Shown here in pieces: positions 36,728 to 47,500 of a DNA stretch of 64,000 bases (positions are counted from its first letter, which is position 1; each line of letters begins with the position of its first letter). Source of the stretch: Nitrosopumilus sp. (GTDB taxonomy: Archaea; Thermoproteota; Nitrososphaeria; Nitrososphaerales; Nitrosopumilaceae). Where the stretch lies: positions 224,001 to 288,000 of the forward strand of contig OY759726.1 of the NCBI GenBank assembly GCA_963662625.1, written 5' to 3'. The notes under the pieces were generated by a model. The model was not told the origin of the DNA. It ran no database searches and worked only from the letters and a program-made list of their open reading frames with translations. Position numbers and translations under genes: made by a program.

Positions 36728-38056
36728 ATGGGAACGCAGATGGCCTCCGCCCGCAGGGGCGTCGCGACGGAGCAGATGAGGCAGGTGGCCAGGGACGAGG
36801 ACGTCACGCTGGACTGGCTCCTGCCCAAGATCGCCGCCGGCTCGGTCATCATACCCAGCAACAACGTCCGGCCCCAGGAGATCCACAACGTCGGGATCGG
36901 CAGGGGGCTGAAGACCAAGGTAAACGTCAACATAGGGACGTCCACGCTGAACGTGGACCTGGACGGGGAGATCGAGAAGGCCAGGGTCGCCGTAAAGTAC
37001 CACGCCGACACCATTATGGACCTCAGCGACGGCGGCGACGTCAGGAAGATCAGGCGGGCGCTGCTCGAGGAGGCCCCGATAACCTTCGGGACCGTGCCGA
37101 TTTACGAGGCGTACAGCCGCGGCGTGGAGGTCCACAAGAACCCGCTGAACCTGGAGGAGGACGACTTTGTCAAGGCCTTCGAGAACAACGCCGCCGACGG
37201 CGTCGACTATACCACCATCCACTGCGGCATCACCAGGGAGATCGCCGGGAGGATCCTCAAGGTCCGGCGCCACGGCGGGGTCGTGAGCAAGGGCGGCACC
37301 ATCACGGCGGCCTGGATGCTCAAGCACGACAGGGAGAACCCGTACGTGACCCACTACGACTACCTCATGGAGATCGCCCGGAAGCACGACGTCACTTTCA
37401 GCCTGGGCGACGCGCTGCGTCCCGGCTCCATCCTGGACTCCCACGACGAGCTCCAGGTGCAGGAGATGATCAACGTCGCCAGGCTGACCAGGAGGGCCCA
37501 CGAGAAGGACGTCCAGGTCATGGTGGAGGGTCCCGGGCACGTCCCGCTGAACGAGGTCGCCGCGAACGTCCGGCTCGCAAAGTCCCTGATCGGCGAGGTC
37601 CCGTACTACGTCCTGGGGCCGCTCGTGACAGACGTGGCGTCGGGGCACGACCACATCGCCAGCGCCATAGGCGCGGCGGTCTCCGCCAGCGAGGGCGTCG
37701 ACCTGCTGTGCTACCTGACCCCGTCCGAGCACCTCGCGCTGCCAGACGCCGGCGAGGTCAAGGCCGGCCTGATCGCCTACAGGATCGCCGCCCACGCGGG
37801 GGACCTGGTGAAGATCCGCGACAAGGCCATAAAGTGGGACATGGCGATGACCGAGGCGCGCAGGACGCTGGACTGGGAGAGGCAGCTGGCGCTGTCGATA
37901 GACCCCGAGGAGGCGGCCAGGATCCACGGCAGGACGGGCCAGCACCCCGGCAACAACGTCCCGTGCACGATGTGCGGCGGGGCGTGCGTGTACATGATGC
38001 TCCCCCAGCAAAAGTCGTACGGCGCGGAAGCCGAGGGGCTACAGCAGGCGGAGTAG
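36728..38056 (+). CDS. thiC: Phosphomethylpyrimidine synthase
   Basis: KVNVNIGTS, SLGDALRPG, EGPGH, CTMCGGAC. Confidence 0.96.
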   Translation: MGTQMASARRGVATEQMRQVARDEDVTLDWLLPKIAAGSVIIPSNNVRPQEIHNVGIGRGLKTKVNVNIGTSTLNVDLDGEIEKARVAVKYHADTIMDLSDGGDVRKIRRALLEEAPITFGTVPIYEAYSRGVEVHKNPLNLEEDDFVKAFENNAADGVDYTTIHCGITREIAGRILKVRRHGGVVSKGGTITAAWMLKHDRENPYVTHYDYLMEIARKHDVTFSLGDALRPGSILDSHDELQVQEMINVARLTRRAHEKDVQVMVEGPGHVPLNEVAANVRLAKSLIGEVPYYVLGPLVTDVASGHDHIASAIGAAVSASEGVDLLCYLTPSEHLALPDAGEVKAGLIAYRIAAHAGDLVKIRDKAIKWDMAMTEARRTLDWERQLALSIDPEEAARIHGRTGQHPGNNVPCTMCGGACVYMMLPQQKSYGAEAEGLQQAE

Positions 38057-38443
38057 CACCCTCTCGAGGCTCGGGACGGTCCTGTAGTCGCCCAGCTCCT
38101 CCCTGGCGATCCACCTGTAGTCGGAGTTCTCCCAGTTCAGCCTGACCCTCCGGTCCCGCGCCTCGAACAGGAACGGGAACACCACCCACTCGTGGTTCGC
38201 GTACTGCGGGGATCCTATCCTCATCCTCTTGGCGGCCCGGACCAGCGATACCGCGTCCCCGGCCATGCCGGTCTCCTCGAGGATCTCGGTCCTTGCCCGG
38301 TACAGCGGGCTCTCGTCGCCCTCGATGATGCCGCTGACCCCAGACCACATCCCCTTCATGGTCCTCACCCGCCTGCTCCTCCTGAGGAGCAGCAGCCTCT
38401 GGTCGTTCCTGACGAATGCGGTGACTATCCTCGTGGAGCGCAT
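38039..38443 (-). CDS. NUDIX hydrolase
   Basis: SGIIEGDESPLYRARTEILEETG. Confidence 0.85.
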   Translation of the reverse strand: MRSTRIVTAFVRNDQRLLLLRRSRRVRTMKGMWSGVSGIIEGDESPLYRARTEILEETGMAGDAVSLVRAAKRMRIGSPQYANHEWVVFPFLFEARDRRVRLNWENSDYRWIAREELGDYRTVPSLERVLLRLL

Positions 38444-38448
38444 GCTGG

Positions 38449-39300
38449 CTATTTCTCTACGGCCTTGACCATCCTGGTCAGCCTCTTGTACGAGTCGTCG
38501 AGGTCGACGTTCTCCGACAGCCGGTCCTGGCACGCCTTGATGTAGTTGACGACCTCCTCCGTCTTGGACTCCTGCACCGCCGTGAGCAGCCGCCCTATGT
38601 CCTTCCAGAGCTCCTCTGCCACCTTCCGGATCTCCGGGTTCGCGATGATCGTCTCTATGAGTTCGGGGGACTCTGTCATGATGCTTTCCGCGAGCGTCCT
38701 CTGGACCCTGAACGTCGTGCCGGACATCTTCTCCGTCAGGGCGATCTTCTCGTCCTTCGAGACGATGTTGGCGAAGACGAGGTTCATGAGGTGCGTGAGC
38801 CCCAGTATGACCGCGATCTTCTTGTCGTGCTCCGCGGCGTCGATCGTGACGAAGTTGGCCCCCTCGAAGAGCGACTTTGCGACGGCCAGCTCCTTCTTCG
38901 CGTCCTTGACGGGGACCGATATTATGTTCTGGCCCCTTATCGTCCTCACGCCGGGCCCGAACATCGGGTGGATGCATATCGGGTTGATCTTGGCGGGCAT
39001 CTTCGAGAGGGACGACACCACCTTGGACTTTTCCGAGGAGATCTCGATCATGTACGTCCCGCGCTTCATCTCCTTGGCGATCAGCCTGATTATCTCCGGC
39101 GTCCTCCGGGTGGGGATGCACAGGACGACGTAGTCGGCCTTGAGGATCCCGCCCACCAGCGACTCGGCCTTTATGACGCTCTTTCCGGGGATCCCGGTCT
39201 CCGTGTCGTACCCGGTCACCTCGAAGCCCTTGTCCAGGAAGTACTTTGAGAACCACTGCCCCATCTGGCCCCCCGCCCCGATCACGGTAAGCTTCTTCAT
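38449..39300 (-). CDS. tyrA: Prephenate dehydrogenase
   Basis: IGAGGQMG, IHPMFGP, EHD. Confidence 0.92.
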   Translation of the reverse strand: MKKLTVIGAGGQMGQWFSKYFLDKGFEVTGYDTETGIPGKSVIKAESLVGGILKADYVVLCIPTRRTPEIIRLIAKEMKRGTYMIEISSEKSKVVSSLSKMPAKINPICIHPMFGPGVRTIRGQNIISVPVKDAKKELAVAKSLFEGANFVTIDAAEHDKKIAVILGLTHLMNLVFANIVSKDEKIALTEKMSGTTFRVQRTLAESIMTESPELIETIIANPEIRKVAEELWKDIGRLLTAVQESKTEEVVNYIKACQDRLSENVDLDDSYKRLTRMVKAVEK

Positions 39301-40658
39301 CCCGCATCACCCAGCATGCCGTTTAGTATATCCATACCTTGCATTAGTACATTTTCATCCTGGCACGCCGAAATCCTGATGAAGTTCCGGTAGTTCCCGA
39401 ACCCCTCCCCGGGCGCCACCGCCAGCCCCCTGTCCAGCAGGCCGTCGGCGAGCCTGGCCCCGTCCCGGCCGACCCCCGCGAACAGGTACATGGCCCCTTC
39501 CGGGCGCGCGAACTCCAGCCCCATCTCCCCGGCCCTGGCCTCCAGCGCGTCCAGCCTTCGCCTGACCGTGGCCGTGTTGCCCGAGGTGTCCGCCTCCAGC
39601 GCCCTCAGGGCGGCGTACTGGATCGGCTCGGCGACGCTGGTCAGGCACAGCGCGGCCAGCCCCTCCATCCTGCCGACTATGTCCTCGCTGGCGATCGCGC
39701 AGCCGATCCTGAACCCGGTCATCGCGTGCGACTTTGAGAACGACTGCGCCACGATGCTCCTGTCGTAGCCGTATGCAAGGACGCTCTTCCAGTCAGCGTA
39801 CGCATAGTCCGAGTAGATCTCGTCGCTCAGCACGTACAGGCCGTTCTCCCGGGCGATGCCGACGATCTCGTCCTGGAGGGCGCCCGGGAGTATCTTTCCC
39901 GTCGGGTTGTTCGGGTAGTTGAGCACGATCATCCTGGTGTTGGGGTTTACCATCCCCCTGATCCGGTCGGCGGAGGGCTCCCACCCCCCCTCCAGCGTCG
40001 TGGCCACCGTCCTGACCTTGGCGCCGGCGTACATGGCGCAGTCCCTGTACGCCGGCCACGCCGGCTCGATGACTATCACCTCGTCGCCCGGCCCGAGCAG
40101 CGTCATGACGGCGGAGAACACGGAGAACCTGGCCCCGGGGGCCACCAGGACGTTCTCCCGCGACACCTCCGCGCCGGACGCCCTCGAGGCGCGGGCTGCT
40201 AGTGCGTCCCTGAGGGCGGGCATCCCCCCAGCCTGCCCGTACCTCACGAGCCCCTTCCCGGAGGCCCGGCACAGCGCGTCGCCGGCCTCCCCCGGGGGCG
40301 CAAAGTCCGGTTCCCCCACCTCCATGTGGATCATCTTCCTCCCCTCCCCCTCGAGGGACTTGGCCCTGCGGAACACGGAGAGGTGGGTCTGCCTTCCGTC
40401 ACGCTGGACCCTCAGCGACTCGTTCAGCAGGAAGTTCAGGAACCTCGAGGACGCCAACGCGTCGAGGCCGATCCGGCCCGACACGGAGGCCACCTTCACG
40501 CGGAGGTCGTCCTCCCTGGCCTCGTCTACGACCCCCATCCCGGAGGCCCTCTTGGCCTCGCTTATCTCCCTTGCGAGGTCCGCCCTCTCCTTTAGCATCC
40601 TCACCATCTCGACTGTGATCTCGTCCATCCTGTCGCGGAGAGGGTTGAGGTCGGCCAT
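39297..40658 (-). CDS. Chorismate mutase-aminotransferase class I/II fusion
   Basis: N-term LRDRMDEI..RE (CM type II); NYPNNPTG, SDEIY, SFSKSHAMTGFRIG. Confidence 0.9.
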   Translation of the reverse strand: MADLNPLRDRMDEITVEMVRMLKERADLAREISEAKRASGMGVVDEAREDDLRVKVASVSGRIGLDALASSRFLNFLLNESLRVQRDGRQTHLSVFRRAKSLEGEGRKMIHMEVGEPDFAPPGEAGDALCRASGKGLVRYGQAGGMPALRDALAARASRASGAEVSRENVLVAPGARFSVFSAVMTLLGPGDEVIVIEPAWPAYRDCAMYAGAKVRTVATTLEGGWEPSADRIRGMVNPNTRMIVLNYPNNPTGKILPGALQDEIVGIARENGLYVLSDEIYSDYAYADWKSVLAYGYDRSIVAQSFSKSHAMTGFRIGCAIASEDIVGRMEGLAALCLTSVAEPIQYAALRALEADTSGNTATVRRRLDALEARAGEMGLEFARPEGAMYLFAGVGRDGARLADGLLDRGLAVAPGEGFGNYRNFIRISACQDENVLMQGMDILNGMLGDAG

Positions 40659-40661
40659 GGC

Positions 40662-41756
40662 TCACAGCACCGGCTTTATGGCCCCCGAGATGATCGCGTG
40701 GTCTGCCAGCGTCAGCGACACCAGCGAGTCGACGACCGGCGGGGCCCTCGGCACGACGCACGGGTCGTGCCTGCCCCCCACCCGCAGCGGCGTCTCCTCC
40801 ATCGTCCCGGCGTCCACAGTCTTCTGCTCCCGGGAGATCGACGAGGCCGGCTTGAAGGCCACCCTCATCGTGATCGGCATGCCGTTTGACAACCCCCCCA
40901 GGATCCCGCCCGAGTTGTTGGTCTCGGTGACGATCCTGCCGCCCTCCACGGCGTACAGGTCGTTGTTCTCCGAGCCGCGGATCTCCGATCCCGCGAACCC
41001 CGACCCGAACTCCACCCCCTTCACCGAGGGGATGGAGAACATCGCCCTTGCCAGGTCGGACTCGAGCGAGTCAAATATGGGATCACCCAGCCCCACCGGG
41101 ACGCCCGTCGTGACCGACTCGATCACGCCGCCCAGCGAGTCGCCGCTCCTCTTGGCCTCCAGTATGGCGTCCCTCATCCTCCCCGCGGACCGCGCGTCGG
41201 GGCACCTCACGTCGTTCCCGTAGATCGAGCCGGCCATCCCCCGCTCAAAGCCCCCCTCCATGCGGATCCCGCCGATCCGCGCGACGAACGAGTCCGTCCT
41301 CACCCCCAGGGCGTCCTCCAGCAGCTTCCTGGCTATCGCGCCCCCCATCACGTGGGTGGCGGTCAGCCTCCCGGAGAACCTGCCGCCCCCGCGGTGGTCG
41401 TTGAGGCGGCCGTACTTTACCATGGCGGGAAAGTCGGAATGGCCCGGCCTGAGCTTGGTCTCGAGGGCGTCATAGTCCCCCGACCTCTGGTCGGCGTTCC
41501 TGACCACCATGGCGATCGGGGCCCCCGTGGTGTGCCCCCTGAACACCCCCGACACGATCTCCACCCTGTCGGCCTCCTTCCTCTGGGTCGCGATCTCCGA
41601 CTGCCCGGGCCTCCGCAGGTCCAGCATCCGCTGGACGTCCCCCTCCTCGAGGTCCAGCCCCGCGGGGCACCCCTCCAGGACAGCCCCGATCGCGCTCCCG
41701 TGGCTCTCCCCGAAGCTCGTCAGCACGAGCCGGTGGCCGATTGAACTTCCTGGCAA
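40662..41756 (-). CDS. aroC: Chorismate synthase
   Basis: FGESHG, RPGHSD, GGGRFSGR, GRHDPC. Confidence 0.96.
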   Translation of the reverse strand: MPGSSIGHRLVLTSFGESHGSAIGAVLEGCPAGLDLEEGDVQRMLDLRRPGQSEIATQRKEADRVEIVSGVFRGHTTGAPIAMVVRNADQRSGDYDALETKLRPGHSDFPAMVKYGRLNDHRGGGRFSGRLTATHVMGGAIARKLLEDALGVRTDSFVARIGGIRMEGGFERGMAGSIYGNDVRCPDARSAGRMRDAILEAKRSGDSLGGVIESVTTGVPVGLGDPIFDSLESDLARAMFSIPSVKGVEFGSGFAGSEIRGSENNDLYAVEGGRIVTETNNSGGILGGLSNGMPITMRVAFKPASSISREQKTVDAGTMEETPLRVGGRHDPCVVPRAPPVVDSLVSLTLADHAIISGAIKPVL

Positions 41757-41818
41757 CGCATTGACAGCGCGCGCGGTACTTATAATTCCTCACGGCAGGC
41801 CGCCGGCTCCCCCGCGGG

Positions 41819-43087
41819 CTACCCGACAGAGATCTCCGCCCCGGCCCCGCGCATCCCGGCGATGAACCCGGGGTACGAGACCGCCGCGGATTCCGGATCC
41901 CCAACCGTGCATCCCCCCACGAACATCCCGGCTATGCAGAATGCCATGAACAGCCTGTGGTCGTTCTCAGGATCCAGGTCAGCCCCGCGCGGCCTTTCGG
42001 CCGGTTCCAGCACCATCCCGCCGCGGCTCTCCTTGGCCGCCACCCCCACCTTCGCCAGCTCCCTGCACAGGACCGCGATCCTGTCGGTCTCCTTGGCCCT
42101 CGCGTGCCCGACGTTGACGATCTCGATTGGCTCGGACGCCTTCAGCGCGAGTATGGCCAGCGCCGGCAGCAGGTCCGGCGAGTCGCCCAGGTCGAACCTC
42201 CCGCCCCCCAGCCTCCCCTGGGCCCCCACCGAGATCTTCGGGCCGCCGGCCCGGACGGCGACCCCCATGCGCCCCAGCATTCCTATGAACGCCTCGTCCC
42301 CCTGCGGCAGGCCCCCCGCGCCCCCGTTTATCGTGACCCCCCTCCCGTTGAGCACCGCCGCCGAAAGGAGCAGCGCGATGCTGGAAAAGTCTGCCGGGAC
42401 CCCGAACGCGGCCGGCCGGTAGGCCTGCGGGTCCACGCGGTACCTCCTGTACGGGGCCATCGTCCGGACGCCGACCCCGAACGCCGCCATGGAAGACACG
42501 GTCGCGTCGATGTACGGCCTCGACACGGGGTCCCCGTCGACTGACAGGCTGATCCCGTCCTCTGTCAGCGGGGCGCAGATCAGGAGCGAGGATATGAACT
42601 GGCTGGATACTCCCCCCGGCACGGACACGTCCCCGCCCCTGATCCTGCCGGTGATCCTGACCGGCGGCGTCCCGCCGTCCGAGGAGCACTCTGCCCCCAT
42701 GGACTCCAGCGCGTCAAGCAGGGGCCGCATCGGCCTCCCCCGCAGGCTCCGGTCCCCCGTGAGCGTGATCTCCTGCCGGAACAGCCCCGCGATGCCCGCC
42801 GCGATCCTGATCGTGGTGCCGGAATTGGCCGCGTCGATCTCGGGCACCGGGGCGCCCACCCTGATCGGGCCCCTGACGGCGATCGACGCCCCCTCCACGG
42901 CCAGGTCCGCCCCGAGGCACCTGCACGCCCGGATCGTGGCCTCGGTGTCAGCCGAGATCAGCGCGTTGTCCACCCTGCTGCCGCCCCCCGCCAGCGACGC
43001 GATGAACGCCGCCCTGTGCGTGTAGCTCTTGCTCGGCGGGCAGTCGATCTCCCCGGAGATGGACGACTTTTGCACCCTACACCTCAT
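41819..43087 (-). CDS. aroA: EPSP synthase
   Basis: PPSKSYTHR, NSGTTIR, SSQF, KETDR, DHR. Confidence 0.95.
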   Translation of the reverse strand: MRCRVQKSSISGEIDCPPSKSYTHRAAFIASLAGGGSRVDNALISADTEATIRACRCLGADLAVEGASIAVRGPIRVGAPVPEIDAANSGTTIRIAAGIAGLFRQEITLTGDRSLRGRPMRPLLDALESMGAECSSDGGTPPVRITGRIRGGDVSVPGGVSSQFISSLLICAPLTEDGISLSVDGDPVSRPYIDATVSSMAAFGVGVRTMAPYRRYRVDPQAYRPAAFGVPADFSSIALLLSAAVLNGRGVTINGGAGGLPQGDEAFIGMLGRMGVAVRAGGPKISVGAQGRLGGGRFDLGDSPDLLPALAILALKASEPIEIVNVGHARAKETDRIAVLCRELAKVGVAAKESRGGMVLEPAERPRGADLDPENDHRLFMAFCIAGMFVGGCTVGDPESAAVSYPGFIAGMRGAGAEISVG

Positions 43088-43931
43088 GGACCTCGGCCTT
43101 CCTGTTGCTGATCCCCGAGGATATGGTGCGGCCCTCCAGCCCGCCAAACACCCTCCTGATCCGCCGCTCGCCGCCCTTCTTCACGACCGCGGCGATTGCC
43201 GGGCCGTTGCCCGAGACCGACGCGCCGTACGCGCCGTTCTCCAGCAGCCGCGGGATCAACCCCGGGTCCGATCCCAGCGCGGCCGAGGTGGCGAGCCCGT
43301 TCACCACCATGGCGTCCCAGTACCTCGACCTCCTGGCGAGGTCCCACGCGTTCCCGAAGGCCGCCGACAGCGCCTTGAGGTTCTTCGTGTTCCCGCGCTT
43401 CCTGTTCCGTGGCACGAAGATCACGGCGGCCAGGTTCGCGGGCCCCCTCTCGGCGCGGACCCTCTTCCTGCCCGCGTTGTCCGTCACGTTGAACCCGCCG
43501 TAGTAGCAGGCGCACGCGTCGTCGTACGCGCCGGTGACGCTCACGCGGGACGCGATCGACGCGTTGACGCCGGCCAGCAGGACCTGCCGGTCCGAGAGCC
43601 CGGGCCTGAAGATCCCGGCGCACGCCAGGGCCACCGCCGAGGAGATCGCGCTCGAGCTCTTCAGCCCGTACCCGGCGGGGATCTCGGAGTCCAGGGACAG
43701 CGATATCCTGCGCGACTCGAGATCCCTCCGGGGGACTACCGCCTCGACCGTCCTCTTCACGAGCCGCGAGCTGAGGTTCCTGTCGCCGGATTCCATCACT
43801 ATCCCGCTCCCCGGCCCGGACTCGGCGGTGACGGCGACCCGCAGGCCTATGCCGAGTGTCGCCCCCTTCCTGGTGGCCATCGCGTTTACCAGCGATATCG
43901 CCCCGTGGACCGTTGCGCGCACCCTGGCCAC
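43077..43931 (-). CDS. aroK: Shikimate kinase, archaeal GHMP type
   Basis: GYGLKSSSA, TGAYDDA, SGNGP. Confidence 0.92.
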   Translation of the reverse strand: MARVRATVHGAISLVNAMATRKGATLGIGLRVAVTAESGPGSGIVMESGDRNLSSRLVKRTVEAVVPRRDLESRRISLSLDSEIPAGYGLKSSSAISSAVALACAGIFRPGLSDRQVLLAGVNASIASRVSVTGAYDDACACYYGGFNVTDNAGRKRVRAERGPANLAAVIFVPRNRKRGNTKNLKALSAAFGNAWDLARRSRYWDAMVVNGLATSAALGSDPGLIPRLLENGAYGASVSGNGPAIAAVVKKGGERRIRRVFGGLEGRTISSGISNRKAEVHEV

Positions 43932-44750
43932 CTACGCACCCCCCAGCAGCGCCCTCTTCATGGCGCCGTACGGCGCCCTGACCCCGTGCCATATCTCAAA
44001 GGCCCTCGCCGCCTGCCCCAGCAGCATCTCGTACCCGTAGATCACGGTGGCGCCCGCGGCCTTCGCCCTCCTGAGGAGGTCGGTCTGCACGGGCCGGTAC
44101 ACGATGTCGCAGACCGTCGTGCCCCCGCCGATCCCGTCGAGGGGGACTGGGATCGGCTCGTTTTCCATCCCCAGCGACGTCGCGTTGACGATGATGTCGT
44201 AGCCGCCAGCGCCGCCCACCCGGTCCAGGCCCGCAGGCTCGGCGTCCAGGCCGAGCCTCGCCGAGAACTCGGACAGCTCCTCGGCGCCTGCCGGCGTCCT
44301 GTTGGCTACCGTGATCCGGCCCGCGCGCTCTTTTGCGAACGCCGCCACGATGGCACGCGCCGCGCCGCCCGCGCCCAGCAGCAGGACGCTCGAGCCCCTG
44401 ACGGGCAGGCCCCTCTTCTTGAACGGGTCCAGGAACCCGTCCACGTCGGTGTTGTACCCCTTCAGCATGCCGCCGGCGCTGGACACGGTGTTGGCGGCGC
44501 CGACGGCGCTGCACGACTCGTCGGTCCTGTCCAGGTGCCCCATCACCGCCACCTTGTGCGGGACCGTGACGTTGAACCCGGCGACGCCGATCTTCTTCAG
44601 CGCGGCGATCCCCCCCTCCAGCTCGCCCCGTGGGATCCTGTACGCGATGTACGAGCAGTCGAGCCCCAGCTCCCTGAAGGCCGCGCCGTGTATGTCCGGC
44701 GAGAGGGAGTGGCCTATCGGGTCCCCTATCACCGCGAAGGTCTTCGGCAT
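43932..44750 (-). CDS. aroE: Shikimate dehydrogenase
   Basis: HSLSP, NVTVPHK, NTD, GAGGAARA, NATSLG. Confidence 0.95.
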   Translation of the reverse strand: MPKTFAVIGDPIGHSLSPDIHGAAFRELGLDCSYIAYRIPRGELEGGIAALKKIGVAGFNVTVPHKVAVMGHLDRTDESCSAVGAANTVSSAGGMLKGYNTDVDGFLDPFKKRGLPVRGSSVLLLGAGGAARAIVAAFAKERAGRITVANRTPAGAEELSEFSARLGLDAEPAGLDRVGGAGGYDIIVNATSLGMENEPIPVPLDGIGGGTTVCDIVYRPVQTDLLRRAKAAGATVIYGYEMLLGQAARAFEIWHGVRAPYGAMKRALLGGA

Positions 44751-45397
44751 TACTCTGCTTCCGGCCCGGGCTATTTATTCTGACGCGGGCGCCCAGTCAA
44801 GCGAAAAGTACGCCAAATGGCCAACCGCCGCAATTCCAGACAGATCAGCTTGGGCGGGCCCCGGCAAGGTTTGAATTGTCTCGAAGCAAGACCCGCCAGG
44901 GCCGCGACATGGTGAACGGCCCCCGCCCATATCGGGGCGTCGTCTCCGGCACCTATGTTAACCGCCCAGGCGCAGTTGCCGCAATGCATCCCGCGGCTTT
45001 TCCGATCCGTGCCTGGGTTGCATGGCATGGGATTCACGGATGGCGCCGGCAAGGCGGTCCGGGATGCGGGCGGCGCCGGGGGCCGCCCCCGGCGCCGCCT
45101 TCCGGGCCTTCCTCCCCGCCCGCCTGGCTTCCTTCCATCCCGGCGACTTGGCCGACGGCGGGGAGCGGGCGTTCCCGCAGTGCGCGGGGCGGGCCCGGGG
45201 CCTCCTGGTTTCTGCCACCGCCTCCCCGTATTTTGACTTGATCGAGCCGGCGACGCCGGGCGCGAGTGCCAGCAGGCCCCCCGGCTGCCTGGTCGTTCTG
45301 CGCCTTGCCACGCACGCACTGGCACCCCCTGCAGCAAGGATCGGCAGGATCGCGCCTTGCTGGTTAAAGGGTCAGCACGCGTGACCTCATACCAGCT

Positions 45398-45506
45398 GTC
45401 GTAAAAATCGCTTAAGTGTGGTGGTGTTGTTATCCTGACTTCCGGGTGGCCCTCCAGCCAGTCCCCGTAGTCGTAAAAATCGCTTAAGTGCGGTGGTGTT
45501 GTTATC
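45398..45506. CRISPR. Orphan CRISPR-like mini-array: two 37-bp repeats, one 35-bp spacer (alternative: duplicated promoter)
   Basis: GTCGTAAAAATCGCTTAAGTG(T/C)GGTGGTGTTGTTATC at 45398-45434 and 45470-45506 (1 mismatch); unrelated spacer at 45435-45469; no cas genes in window. Confidence 0.4.
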
Positions 45507-45512
45507 AGTGCA

Positions 45513-47500
45513 ATGGACAAAGCCATGCTTATCGGGCTATCGCTTTTTCTGGGTGTCGGTATGGCCGCCGCGTCATCGTCGGCGGGCATCCTGTCACCAC
45601 TGGCGCAGTACGACTCGGGGGTGCCGATGCATGGCATACAGTGCAGGGATTCAAGGGTGCTCATGGAGACCCTGCGGGGGACGCCGGCGTGCGTATACGG
45701 GGATTCTGCGGTGGTGATGCAGCATAGGGGCTGGACGCCCGTGGAACCGGGACTGGCCGGGGCCGCGCAGCAGGGTGCAGAACCGGGGGAGCCTGCCCGC
45801 GCCACGCATGGCGCGGGAGGGCAGGGCCCGGATGCGCGGTACGTGACAGTGCCGGAACCCGCGCATGCCGGCACGTCATGCGGCTTTTGCCCGGGGATAC
45901 TCCTCCTGCCGGAGCTGCCCCTGCTGGGAGAGGACGCGACGATCACGGTGACGATCAACGAGGGCAACGGCGGGTACCTCCCGGTGAGGGACGGCCTGTT
46001 CCTGGAGTTCTTCTCGTACCCGCCGGGAGCCGCAGTGTTCCCGGAGCTTGACGTGGTGCCGATGCCAGGCTGGTCCGTCCAGGACGGAGGCGCCCCCGGG
46101 AACCCCGACGTGCCCAGCATCAACGACGCGTACGTCATGCCCGTGACAGGCCTGCCGCCCCTACCCGAGTACCCGGACGCCAGCTTCACGACCAGCCTCA
46201 GGGTGGTGGAGCCCGGCGCGGTCGCGATAGGCGCCAGGGTGTTCAGCTACGGCGGCGAGTGGCCGGTCGACGCGACCCTGACCGACACCCACGAGATTGT
46301 ACGGCTGCAGGACAAGCGCCAGACCTACGGCGAGCACTCGCTGGACATGATCGTCGGCCCCGACGAGACGAACTACTACGATCCGCGCCTCACGGTGAGG
46401 GCTCCGCTTGCGACCGACCGTGAGGTGCTGGAGTTCCGCGAGTTCGTAGAGAGGAGGGGCGGCATAGGCCCCGAGGTGACCGCGCTTTGGGAGGCCAACG
46501 CCAAGAAGGACATGATGCGCCTAGAGGGGATCTACACCGAGGAGGAGGCAGAGAGATACCTGAACTTTGTAACCCGTATCCACAGGGGCTACGGTGAAGA
46601 AAGCATCCCGTGGAGGGAGGTGGAACAAGACAGGCTTTCTGACGACGGCTACATCGCCCAGCACCTAAGCGCAGAAAGAAGCGTGGAGGAGAACCCGATG
46701 CAGAGTTGGGCCAGCTTCTACCGTTACTTCGACGGCCAGGACGGGTGGAACGACGGCTTTGGCAGCACGCTTGGGCAGATCAGGGAATACCTGGCCAAGG
46801 ACGGGTACATGACCGCGCCCGAGATAGACCGGTACGTCGGGGAGTACCTGGCCGACGACTTTTCCGGCGCCCAAAACTTTTCCCCCGGGCTTGATTTTCT
46901 GCCCAGGGCATACGCGGCTCCCTTCATACACCTTGAGGGGCGCACCCATGTGTAAAAGTCACCCGCCGACAACACGGATGCCAACGACTCAGGCCCGGTA
47001 CACGGCATCGAGGTCTGCGCCCAAAAGAAAACACCCACAGGCTACCAAACGCTGACAGATAGAAGCGGCAACAGTGCGTGTGATGTTGCAGACGAAACAG
47101 GCAGGTTTGTGATTTGGAATGCACGCATCGGAACCAGCCCAACCACGTTATCATGCCTGATCCATACTGGTACAAGCAAGCAAAAAAACGACGGCAACCC
47201 ACACGTCAAAGTTCTTTACAAGACCAACGACGGTGGATTTGCCCACAACACCCCGGATCGTGCAAATACCAGCTCCGGCCACGACTTGGGGACGTACACG
47301 ATACCTGCCAACTCGAATTTGCATCACGCGTCGTATGTCATAGACGCAATCGAGGACGCGTGGAAGTTCTTCGATGACGGTACCCCGGATTTTAGGCCAA
47401 CATGGGACAAAGGAGATAGGGTGACGGTGTACATAGCGCCATCTGAGAAGAACTCCGCGCATTACACAGTAGGCACCAAACAGATTCACATTCTAGGCGG
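45513..47500 (+). pseudogene. Large secreted protein, frameshifted at ~46950 and truncated by an IS fragment
   Basis: Signal peptide, thaumarchaeal SPLxQ..C..PACV..RGW domain. ORF 45513-46955 continues in another frame to ~47500 (DAIEDAWKFF..AHY..IHI, metallopeptidase-like). Confidence 0.6.

Noticed and set aside
44771-46189. 472-aa minus ORF with a repeated ITTPPHLSDFYD peptide
   Set aside because: Antisense to the secreted-protein gene; the peptide repeat only reflects the 72-bp DNA period.
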